From a virus (Duplodnaviria > Caudoviricetes): DNA of 64,000 nt. Positions 50,828 through 59,716 of the stretch are shown here, piece after piece. Positions within the stretch are counted from its first letter, which is position 1; every line of letters begins with the position of its first letter. A program made the position numbers and the translations under genes. The stretch is from the IMG/VR virus record IMGVR_UViG_3300028591_000010, positions 1 to 64,000 of that record, one strand, 5' to 3'. The notes below the pieces were generated by a model. It was given only the letters and a program-made list of their open reading frames with translations, made no database searches and had not been told where the DNA came from.

Positions 50828-52693
50828 CTAAAATAATGATAGCTGTTGTTCAGTGAAGTCCGCTATCACTTTTTTGGCTTCACTGATATAGTACCGATAG
50901 TTAATCTTTCGATCTTCTATCTTGCGATCATCAAACTTATTCAGGATTGTTACTCCTGATTTTGTTAACATATTTGTTCGGTCTCTATCGTCTTCAGGAT
51001 TATCCTTGAAGAGATATGCTCCGTTTGTACTTGCGTAAAATCTATTGATACGTTGTACAGGTTTATCACCATGTATAACTTTAAACTTCTTGTCTACTGC
51101 TTGTGACATCAAGAAATCACGGATTTCTCTATCCTTCTCAATAGTTTCTGTCACTGGAATATGATGAACAAAGTAATTTATAACTGCCTTAGGTATGACT
51201 ACAGGTGCTAGTCCCTTACCTAATTTGTTTTTAGTTATAAACATACCTTTTTCTTCTATCTCACCATTCTTCAAGACCCCAAAGTAGTCGTTGATAGCGT
51301 ATTGATAGAATGCTTCGTACTCATCGGTTTCAAACATAAGCTGTGTAATCTGTTCAACCTCTGAGATGGCTTCCTGAATTCCTTCTCTAAGGCTGTTTTT
51401 AGCCCTGTAGACGACGCCATCGGTGTTGACCTGTATAATCTCACATCCGAGCTCTAAAAGCCTGTCTACGAGCATTAAAAGGATTAGCTGACCGTTTATT
51501 CTAATCTTAAAAACATTGAACGGATCATACATCCAGCTTACCTCCTGTTGCATTTTACCTGTAGGAGAATTAAGCACGATCTTTAGAAACAAGTTCTTAA
51601 TCTTTTGACCTGTACGTTTTGCTTCTACTCGCTCAGCATATAAGTCAGCGAATATATCACAAAAGATTTTTCCTAAGTGGCGAGGTCCCCATTGATATTT
51701 AATCAAGAAGGACGGATACATCGAAGTCACATCTGCGTGACCTATAAACTCGTCATCTTTAGGTAGGAATATCTGCGGTGTGTGGATGGAGTGTATACCA
51801 CCCACGCCTACAGAGTATACCACGTTTGAGAGAACAAACTTCTTCTCATAGCCTTTGCGTTCTTTAGAGTATACGACTTGTTTCTTCATATCTTCTAGAA
51901 CGTCTTGTAACTTTGGATTTTTGTATTTTATATATGGCAATATGACATCCTTCAATGGAATATAATCCATTGGAGAACGCATCTCCTTTATAACATTTTT
52001 AGGAATACCTGTTCTCTTAGAATATTCTTCTAACAGAAAGGTTTCTGCCATCTTCACACTATCCATAGACAAACAGTCTATGCCGTGTTCTTGTTCAATG
52101 AACAAACGCAATTCAATATCTGGTTTCAAACGGTTTAATAACTCTTCTGTTGAATCTACGTCGTTTATATTATATGCAATCATCTCATCGATGTCATCAT
52201 CTTTGATAGGAGCATTAAAGTCACCATCATACTCCTGCACATTTCTATAATGCATTGTCACCTGCATAGTCTTAAGACCAACACGTAGTTTTCTACTGAA
52301 TTGCATTGTGAGCAAATCCATCGATTCGAAGTAATGTGCATACTTCCATCGCTTAATCCGCTCGTATTTTTCATCCTCCGTTTCCACTATATATTTCGAT
52401 AAGTTGTAAAGAGACTGACATATCTTTAAATAAGACATATTAGACAACTTATAATAGTAATCTATTATATAGTTAATTACAACATCATCATAGTGATGAT
52501 TATTATAACCACAGAACATCTTTTCAGAACTATCATAATAGAAAAAATCAACTAGACTGTCTAGCTGATTCTTTCTATTAGATATTTCGAATTTATGTAT
52601 TTGTCCACTTTCAGTATCTTTACAGCAACAGTGGAATGCGTTAGGGAAGATCTCTACGTCATATACGTAGACTCGTCGATTTCGTATCCACAT
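50828..52693 (-). CDS. polB: Family B DNA polymerase
   Basis: Exo motif YDVE, polymerase motifs DVTSMYPS, KIVLNSPTGK and NTDG. C-terminal QLSLF. Ends TAG followed immediately by TAA. Confidence 0.9.
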   Translation of the reverse strand: MWIRNRRVYVYDVEIFPNAFHCCCKDTESGQIHKFEISNRKNQLDSLVDFFYYDSSEKMFCGYNNHHYDDVVINYIIDYYYKLSNMSYLKICQSLYNLSKYIVETEDEKYERIKRWKYAHYFESMDLLTMQFSRKLRVGLKTMQVTMHYRNVQEYDGDFNAPIKDDDIDEMIAYNINDVDSTEELLNRLKPDIELRLFIEQEHGIDCLSMDSVKMAETFLLEEYSKRTGIPKNVIKEMRSPMDYIPLKDVILPYIKYKNPKLQDVLEDMKKQVVYSKERKGYEKKFVLSNVVYSVGVGGIHSIHTPQIFLPKDDEFIGHADVTSMYPSFLIKYQWGPRHLGKIFCDIFADLYAERVEAKRTGQKIKNLFLKIVLNSPTGKMQQEVSWMYDPFNVFKIRINGQLILLMLVDRLLELGCEIIQVNTDGVVYRAKNSLREGIQEAISEVEQITQLMFETDEYEAFYQYAINDYFGVLKNGEIEEKGMFITKNKLGKGLAPVVIPKAVINYFVHHIPVTETIEKDREIRDFLMSQAVDKKFKVIHGDKPVQRINRFYASTNGAYLFKDNPEDDRDRTNMLTKSGVTILNKFDDRKIEDRKINYRYYISEAKKVIADFTEQQLSLF

Positions 52694-52719
52694 GACTCAA
52701 AGGTTCTTTAGTTTATACT

Positions 52720-52841
52720 AGTAGAATGGTGAGGAGTCGAACCTCACATCACCGATTGGAGGGAAACCTTATTAAAGGAAATATTGAGTTTCTCGAATAT
52801 CTTTACACCATCCCCGTTCTTACCTTTAAATGACATTCTAC
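52720..52841 (-). ncRNA. tRNA-like element with expanded central arm upstream of polB
   Basis: 8-bp GTAGAATG/CATTCTAC stem, T-arm GTGAGG-TTCGACT-CCTCAC, D-loop-like AAGGTAAGAAC. Confidence 0.55.
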
Positions 52842-53081
52842 ACTTGCGCACACCGTGGAATTCAACCACTCTCCGTTTCGAATGAGACGCTTGGCGACTC
52901 ACGAAGAACTGCGCGGTCACCCCCGATTCTTTCGAATCTGCCGATGTCGTGACATGCAGTAGTGTGCTACACAGTTACGTTTTAGTTCCGCTATCGGGGA
53001 GCTCAACTCTCGTATTACATTTTTTCCGTTTGCTACGAATTTCACGTAGCGATGGTGTACTAAAAGAGGCTTTACTGTGCA

Positions 53082-53933
53082 TTATGCGGCTTGAGGCAAG
53101 ATCATACGACCCTTCTTACGCTTATGGTCTTTCAGGTTTGATGCTACAAGCTTCTTATTCAGAGCTTTAGCCTCGTTCGTAATCTTCTGTGCCTTTCTCA
53201 GCAGCTTAGAGTTTTTATCCAGCTCATTCACACGATGACCATCACCGTTGATGTCTTTCAACTCTGCTATTTGCTTTTCCTGATACTGTGCAGTACCAGA
53301 TTCACTGATTTTGTACCGACCAGTGAGCGGTAACTTGTCAAACATAGAGACAACGAAGTCTCTTATTCGTATCAAAGCCTGTTCCTTCTCAGCTTCCCAA
53401 GCAGGAATCAATTCGTCCTTAAACAAATCGTCGTCAGGACAAGGCTTCGGATGTTTCTTCTCCCATTTCTTGAGCTTATCTTGAGTATAAAACTCCATCT
53501 TGGCTGCTTTGCCTAGATTCTTCCACAGTTTCTTTTGATAATCCTGTGAGTTGGGATACTCTGATGGATAGTCCCATTTCTTAAGTTCGACTGTTCCATC
53601 CTTATGTTTTATCCACTTCTCTCCGCGTATTCTCTTATAAAGAGACTTGCACTGTGGATACTTCTCGTGTTTCCAATTACAAGTGAGTTGATGATACGTT
53701 AATCCGTATTTATCAGGTTTATCGTTAATCACCATATATGCTCCAGCCATATTAGGTCCTACATTGAATCTAGATAGCTTATTTGTTATTGTATTCCACG
53801 GAACCTGATATATCTTCTTATCAGAAAACTTTTTAGGTACGGTACAATTTCTAACGGAGAATTGACGACTCATGGCTGCAAGATGCGCTACTTTTCTTCT
53901 ACGCACCTTAGGACGTACACTGCGACTTCCCAT
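53082..53933 (-). CDS. Basic hypothetical protein ending LPQAA
   Basis: 283 aa Lys/Arg-rich ORF. Confidence 0.7.
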   Translation of the reverse strand: MGSRSVRPKVRRRKVAHLAAMSRQFSVRNCTVPKKFSDKKIYQVPWNTITNKLSRFNVGPNMAGAYMVINDKPDKYGLTYHQLTCNWKHEKYPQCKSLYKRIRGEKWIKHKDGTVELKKWDYPSEYPNSQDYQKKLWKNLGKAAKMEFYTQDKLKKWEKKHPKPCPDDDLFKDELIPAWEAEKEQALIRIRDFVVSMFDKLPLTGRYKISESGTAQYQEKQIAELKDINGDGHRVNELDKNSKLLRKAQKITNEAKALNKKLVASNLKDHKRKKGRMILPQAA

Positions 53934-53962
53934 ATCAGTTTAGCTATTAAATCTAACATAGG

Positions 53963-54661
53963 TTATGCGGCCTTTTTAAGGCCTTCTGAGCTCTTTTTAG
54001 AGTTCAGCTGGACAGTTGTACTACCCTTCTTCTTTGCTGCCTTCTCAGTGGCCCATTTGTCGCGTAGAGATTTTACTTGAGCTTTGAAGTTTTTACGATT
54101 CTTCTTGCTCATATTAGCAACATTATAGCGCTTTTTGAGAACGTTCTTACCCTTTGGGCGGCTATGTGGAACGTTCTTGTTCTTGGGTTTCTTCGGAATC
54201 TCCTCTTTGGATATGACTGATTCCATCTTCTTAGCATATGGATATATCTTTGCTTTCGGAGGAGCAATCTCACGAATCTTCGCGAGTATATCCTGATTAC
54301 CATCTATAGAGAAGTACGTATCTCCGTGATACTTATACTGAATCTTGGCTTTTGCCAAAGCCTCCTTCATCATAGCACTATCCTTTGTGTCTAGCATTAC
54401 GAGGATGCTATATTCCTTCGGAGCATTAAGTTGCTCTATGAGTTTCTTAACCAACTCCTCTGTCTTCTCTTCCGTAAACTTCATACGAGCACAACGGCGA
54501 CGTAGTGCATTAATTCGGAAATTACGGAACTGTTCTTCACGAGCCTTTTTACGAGCTTCTGCGTCTTTAATAGACTTTACCTTACCTGTAGGAACATTAG
54601 ATGTATTCTTATTGGTAGCCTGACCATTCTTGGCAGTTTCTACCTGCGTATTCTTATTCAT
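53963..54661 (-). CDS. Basic hypothetical protein ending GLKKAA
   Basis: 232 aa Lys-rich ORF with AT-rich leader. Confidence 0.7.
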   Translation of the reverse strand: MNKNTQVETAKNGQATNKNTSNVPTGKVKSIKDAEARKKAREEQFRNFRINALRRRCARMKFTEEKTEELVKKLIEQLNAPKEYSILVMLDTKDSAMMKEALAKAKIQYKYHGDTYFSIDGNQDILAKIREIAPPKAKIYPYAKKMESVISKEEIPKKPKNKNVPHSRPKGKNVLKKRYNVANMSKKNRKNFKAQVKSLRDKWATEKAAKKKGSTTVQLNSKKSSEGLKKAA

Positions 54662-54684
54662 ATTGATTATGATGTTTTTAAAAG

Positions 54685-54855
54685 TTAAAATAATTTGTTA
54701 ATTGTACGCGCAAACCAATTCATGCGCTTGAGCATATAGACTATATTATTGTGGTCATTATAGACACCAATAACTTTGTAGTCTTTTGACAGCTCTTCGA
54801 GACGAGTATTACTGATAATACCGTCACTGGTTATTTGGATATATTTTTGTTTCAT
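54685..54855 (-). CDS. Small hypothetical protein (56 aa)
   Basis: MKQKYIQITSDG...WFARTINKLF, below the ORF-track cutoff. Fills the gap and has an AT-rich leader like its neighbours. Confidence 0.55.
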   Translation of the reverse strand: MKQKYIQITSDGIISNTRLEELSKDYKVIGVYNDHNNIVYMLKRMNWFARTINKLF

Positions 54856-54892
54856 ATTGATTACGATTTAAAAGTTTTGGGAAATATTTTTG

Positions 54893-54952
54893 TGATCGGT
54901 TACGGGAACGATCCGCTCATACATAGAAATGTATGCACCAACATTCCGATCG
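54893..54952 (-). ncRNA. Degenerate tRNA-like element
   Basis: GATCGG/CCGATC outer stem, TGTTGG D-loop-like segment, CATACA/TGTATG hairpin, GCGG-ATCGTTC-CCGT T-arm-like hairpin. Confidence 0.4.
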
Positions 54953-54960
54953 GTTTTCGC

Positions 54961-55515
54961 TTATATAGCGAAATCCTGCTCAAACATAGTAGCAGTCTTA
55001 TCGTCAAGAGTAATCTCAGTATTGTTATTGAAATTCTCCATATTAGTGTCAAACTTATTAGCCTTCAACTGCAAATCCTTAATCAGAGCTGCAATCTTAG
55101 CACTTGTGAAAATCTCCTCCTTACCAATATTCTTAAGACCCTTCTGAGCCTTAGTCTTCTGGTCAAGCGTAGGAATCATCTTAAGCTGTGCAATAGCCTC
55201 CTTCATCTCACAAGCCATGAAGATGCTATAATTGTTGGTCTTCTTGAAATCCTCAGCATTGAACGTATCAATACCCATATTTAAATAAAACAACATACCT
55301 TTAATATACACCAGCTTCTCTGCCATCTGAGTAATCTCGTTATAGAGAGCCTTCAGATCGTGTGTACGGAAGCCATTCTTAATCTCTTTCTTAGAGAGCA
55401 GATTCTCTGCCTTAATATAGCTCCAATACTTCTTCTTCTTACTATTAATATCATCACGCATATTAATAATCTTACCTGAGTTCAACTTAATTGATTTCGT
55501 CATATATATAAACAT
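54961..55515 (-). CDS. Hypothetical protein
   Basis: 184 aa ORF. The true start may be the ATG four codons in (MTKSIK). Confidence 0.7.
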   Translation of the reverse strand: MFIYMTKSIKLNSGKIINMRDDINSKKKKYWSYIKAENLLSKKEIKNGFRTHDLKALYNEITQMAEKLVYIKGMLFYLNMGIDTFNAEDFKKTNNYSIFMACEMKEAIAQLKMIPTLDQKTKAQKGLKNIGKEEIFTSAKIAALIKDLQLKANKFDTNMENFNNNTEITLDDKTATMFEQDFAI

Positions 55516-55621
55516 TTGATTTAGTTAGACTTCGTGTTAATTAAATTGAATTCGAGTATCATCTACCTGTGACTTATAGCAAATCGCTTCACTATAAATC
55601 TAAACAAATCTCTGTGAGGGC

Positions 55622-55979
55622 AGAATCCCGCAAGATTCTACCCTCAAACTCCCGCAAGAGTTATAGACGAGATAAGTTTTATGAAAATAGCATTATCGAC
55701 AATGACCTAGATATATTCATTGCTCAGTTCATCAAGATGTTATTATACTACCGCAATAATATAACAACTAAATCCCGCAAGATTTATTAGTCTCGACTAA
55801 TATGAGCTCCGACTACACCCATTTCAAGGTCAATAAATGCTCTACCAGTTGCGTCTGGAAAACGATACGTATGAGTACGTGTACGAGTATTAACGTTAAC
55901 GACAATGTTTGTGTCATTGGCAGGTGTCTCAGTGACTACAACCCTTGAGCCCGACTTCCTCTGGTCTCCCGCAAGAGAC
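55622..55979. repeat. Five hairpins with invariant CCGCAA loop
   Basis: Stems AGAATC/GATTCT, AACTC/GAGTT, TTATACTA/TAATATAA, TAAATC/GATTTA and GTCTC/GAGAC each enclose CCGCAA. Confidence 0.75.
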
Positions 55980-56377
55980 GATTGTCCGTCACCATTACAC
56001 ACATGTCTATAACAATCCATCAGACGATTAACTACATCGTTATACTTTTCCGCACGTTGTGCTTCCTTAGCTATTTCAACACTCAAACCTTCTTCCAATG
56101 CTTTCGCATTTAATCCTGAAGAAAGGTCAACCAGGGCATCCCATACAGCGAGAGCCCAACTTTCAAATGTAAGTTCGCGCTTACATCCGATCAGCTGATT
56201 CCAGAACCAATGAGTTGTTTCACCAAGAATCACGGTTCCTTCTACATCGTCAATACGATACGTCTTGTATGATCTACCCTCTTTGCCAGCAGCTTTTACC
56301 TTATTGGCAATAGTTTCATTGTTCATCAGAATCTCCATATATTTTACGGAGTCTGGAACGAGGGCTGTTTTCGGCAT
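55787..56377 (-). CDS. Hypothetical protein
   Basis: 196 aa ORF, tightly packed with the upstream gene. Confidence 0.7.
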   Translation of the reverse strand: MPKTALVPDSVKYMEILMNNETIANKVKAAGKEGRSYKTYRIDDVEGTVILGETTHWFWNQLIGCKRELTFESWALAVWDALVDLSSGLNAKALEEGLSVEIAKEAQRAEKYNDVVNRLMDCYRHVCNGDGQSSLAGDQRKSGSRVVVTETPANDTNIVVNVNTRTRTHTYRFPDATGRAFIDLEMGVVGAHISRD

Positions 56378-56379
56378 AA

Positions 56380-57033
56380 CTATTCAGTTACGTGAACATT
56401 TACAATTGCATCTGCGTTTACGTCAGACTTAATATCGAGATTATCGATCTTAGACTCTGACCACTGACGCTTGTACTCAGCAGCCTTACGGAGATTTTCC
56501 GTAATAGCAGTCTCTACAGACTGACGCTGACTCTGAAGAGTCTTAATCAGCGCATCGATCTCTGCCAGAGTACCCTTATTGGCCTCATTCAGGACAGATA
56601 CAGTTTCGTCAACTGCGACAAAGAAGTTCTTACCTGTGCCACGCAGAGCATCATTGATAGCATCGCGCATAGACTTCTCTACAACCAGAGGGTTAGTGCC
56701 ATTCAAGGGGCACTTGAAGTCACTTTCGCCATTATCCTTCAAGTTAACAGCAATACATACACGCTGGGAGTCGCCAAGACCTTCCGTCACATAGTTGACA
56801 CCTTTGATGTCAATCAGACGAATGGTGTAACGCTTTGGCGACTGGTTCACCATCAAAGTATTACTTGCAGTAGCAAGATTCTTAGCCTCTTCAAACTTGT
56901 CCTTACCACCAGGCCATGTGGGCTGACATTCTACTTTACCAAAAGTCTTACCGAGAAGACCACCGATGAAACTCGCCGACTGACGAGTGCTTGCAATCAC
57001 CTCATTGAGGTTAATTTCTACGTTTTTATCCAT
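56380..57033 (-). CDS. Hypothetical protein (coiled-coil C-terminus)
   Basis: 217 aa ORF with high-expression-type codon usage. Confidence 0.7.
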   Translation of the reverse strand: MDKNVEINLNEVIASTRQSASFIGGLLGKTFGKVECQPTWPGGKDKFEEAKNLATASNTLMVNQSPKRYTIRLIDIKGVNYVTEGLGDSQRVCIAVNLKDNGESDFKCPLNGTNPLVVEKSMRDAINDALRGTGKNFFVAVDETVSVLNEANKGTLAEIDALIKTLQSQRQSVETAITENLRKAAEYKRQWSESKIDNLDIKSDVNADAIVNVHVTE

Positions 57034-59175
57034 TTTTACTTATCCTTTTTGATACCGTGGTTGATCCACCAACGATAAGTTAGAATATTTCCTACTTCAG
57101 GGTGTAGGTTCACCGCTATAGAGAGATTTACGTCCGGCTCGGCGGCTCTATGTCTGGACGGTGTTCGTCATACTTATTTTTACTTCGGTAGCTGTGCTAA
57201 TGGGAAGCTTCGTTTGCTTACTAGATTGTTACACTTCTATATTCCTTAAAATGAAGCTCAACTCATGTAACGGGAGCGAAATGGTATCGCATGTATACCC
57301 ATAGACTAATAATATTCGAAGCTTTAAATGCCGAATGTGTAAATTCAATTTCTAAGTTTTCTTGAACAAGATATTTATTGTTTGTAAAATATTCACTAAA
57401 TACTTTCCCTTACGGTACTAAATCCAGAGTTTATACTTGTCCGTTGGCAAAATTTTGGCTAGGCCAACTAATGCTCATAGGACCCCACAAAAATTCGCGT
57501 AATTTCTTCGTTAGTATATTTCCCGTTGTCTATCGAATCATTACTGCGACGATTGTTGCTTAACCACAGATTTTCTCTGATGTTGCATGGTTTAAGGCCC
57601 ACACTACTATTTACCTATATTCCCTTTTAATCATGACGTGCGTGTGTCATTGCACGGGACGTGCTTCATTATCGAACGATCTAGGCTCCAGAACCAAATA
57701 ACCTTACGGCTTGTTTTCTTCTATTGGCATATTGCTTGCCTCATTGTTTATAGTGCACGAATACTGGAGGAATTCCACCTCATACGTCTAGATTTATCAC
57801 CCACCTAAAGATTCATTTTTATCGGTTTCCATTACTACTACTTACACACTAGGTATAAGGTTCATGCAGGTCGCTTTACCCCTCCTAGACAGGGAGGTGA
57901 TTACTAATTTCACGATAGGCTGCCTTGCATCTGGATTTCTCCTTTGTCACGTATATTGCTTCATGGTCCGAACGCACCATCTAGATTTGCTGTCTAGACT
58001 TCTGGTCTACCATCTTGCTACTTGCTTCTCAGGAACGGTTGGCACTCGAACTTCCCGACTTCAACTGCTTCTCATACAACGAGAGCTAAGGTCTTCTACA
58101 CCTTTTTCTATTATTACGTCTATCGGGGGACATCAATTTTTGTTAAACATGTTAATTAACTCTACGGCACGTTTTTCTACTCACATTTAGTTTCATCAGA
58201 ATCTACTACATCGATATGTTGTTCACGTATAGTATACAGTTTACTACTCTGCCGGGACTATATGATATAGTAACATAAGGAATCATCTGATTATATTCAT
58301 GCTTTTGAGGAAGCGGACTTAAGTCTGTACTGGTGTGTACAGGGTCGGATCAACTCCCTAGATAAGTAAATTTGGCTGTCACGTTGCCATCGTACCACAG
58401 GACATTTCCTTTTACTGTGGGTCCTTCTATAGAATCATACTCGCTTACCAGTACTATCTACCTTTGAAATAGCGTTTCTACGCGCGCTTCATCCGCGTAT
58501 TGTAGGCACCTGTCCTACAAGTTAAGTAGTGCATCTACCCGCTGTCCTTTTACTTTTATATACCGCATAAATGACGAAAGCCTGGCGGTCAACATTTTCC
58601 TCAGTACCCCATCCCCGGTGACCCATTGAAACCTTAGCTTCAAAGGTGGTCATTCTGTCTCGACACAGAAAGGATTTCTTCAAGGACCATATTTACGATA
58701 TGGCGCAGACAGTCAAACCTTCTGCTAGGCACATATGTTATTTCTTCATCCCTTTATACACGCTGTGGAGGCGTGAAACACTAGATTACAGCTAATTGAT
58801 ACATCATTACAAGTCATGGTCAAATGTAATGTTGCGACTCCTGTCTCGTTATACTACCCTTATGTATCCTCAGATAGCATGTCGAATACGGCATCATTCT
58901 GCGCTTCTTGCGACTTACTCGTTTTTATGGTAATCCCTCACCAAACGGTTCTCAGGGGCCAAAGGACTTGATACAAACGCTCTGTCCTCTTACTATGAAC
59001 TTTTCTGTTATGGAGTATGCATAACATCATAGCATTTCATCCTACCTTTTGGATATCTCACCTTTTGAGAAGGCTAACATATTCTCGGATCAAGTTATAC
59101 TCTTCGCACCTGGGCTAATGAGACCCATCTGAAATGTGCTAAGCAGGTGCCACTCTGGCTGGAGCCACAGTAATC
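57034..59175. other. ~2.1-kb gene-free, hairpin-rich region (candidate long ncRNA or origin)
   Basis: No ORF of 60 aa or more on the co-transcribed - strand, and many short inverted repeats. Confidence 0.5.
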
Positions 59176-59676
59176 CTACTGTGACTCCCCTGTGGAGTGA
59201 TTAACGTTTTTAGAGTATACAACTTCACCGTCGACAGTGAGCTGTATAGCAGATTCTTTAGAAGAACCTACATCACACTCTCCAGTTTTCTCCTCACGAA
59301 CTGGAGCTCCTTTGTTGCTAACAGTATCCACAGATGTCGGCTTTGGAGTAAGCATCATCCATGAATAGTCTGTCACTCTCGCGGGCGAGCTAACCCTTGA
59401 GAATTTTGTTTTAATAACTAGGATCTGCGGACGGTCCACATACGCAGTATCGTGTATGTACAGAGTATCTCTGCTGACCGTTGAATCCATTTGTACCGGC
59501 TGCTTCAGGGATGCCTGAAGGTCGTATGGCAACTTAGATATCTCCAGTGGAGATAACGTAGCTGCACTGAGAGTCTGATGCTTAGCAAAAGAACTCCCTG
59601 TACTATTTGACATTGCCAGGAATCCGCCAGCTAAGGCGAATGCAATGCAACAAATAATTGTTGTTACGTATTTCAT
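59176..59676 (-). CDS. Membrane-anchored or secreted hypothetical protein
   Basis: 166 aa with N-terminal hydrophobic segment. Ends in TAG. Confidence 0.65.
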   Translation of the reverse strand: MKYVTTIICCIAFALAGGFLAMSNSTGSSFAKHQTLSAATLSPLEISKLPYDLQASLKQPVQMDSTVSRDTLYIHDTAYVDRPQILVIKTKFSRVSSPARVTDYSWMMLTPKPTSVDTVSNKGAPVREEKTGECDVGSSKESAIQLTVDGEVVYSKNVNHSTGESQ

Positions 59677-59716
59677 CTTTGATAGATTAATTTACCTAGT
59701 TGCCGTAGTATACAGA

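Noticed and set aside
54893-54952. tRNA-like element as an amber suppressor (loop TTTCTA)
   Set aside because: The loop is 6 nt, there is no proper D-stem and the T-loop is non-canonical, so it cannot be called a decoding tRNA from sequence alone.
55622-55979. CRISPR mini-array
   Set aside because: The repeated core is only 6-9 nt, spacing is irregular and there are no cas genes.
57378-58190. Two + strand ORFs (61 and 108 aa) in the gene-free region
   Set aside because: Opposite to all neighbouring genes, atypical composition and no recognisable motifs.
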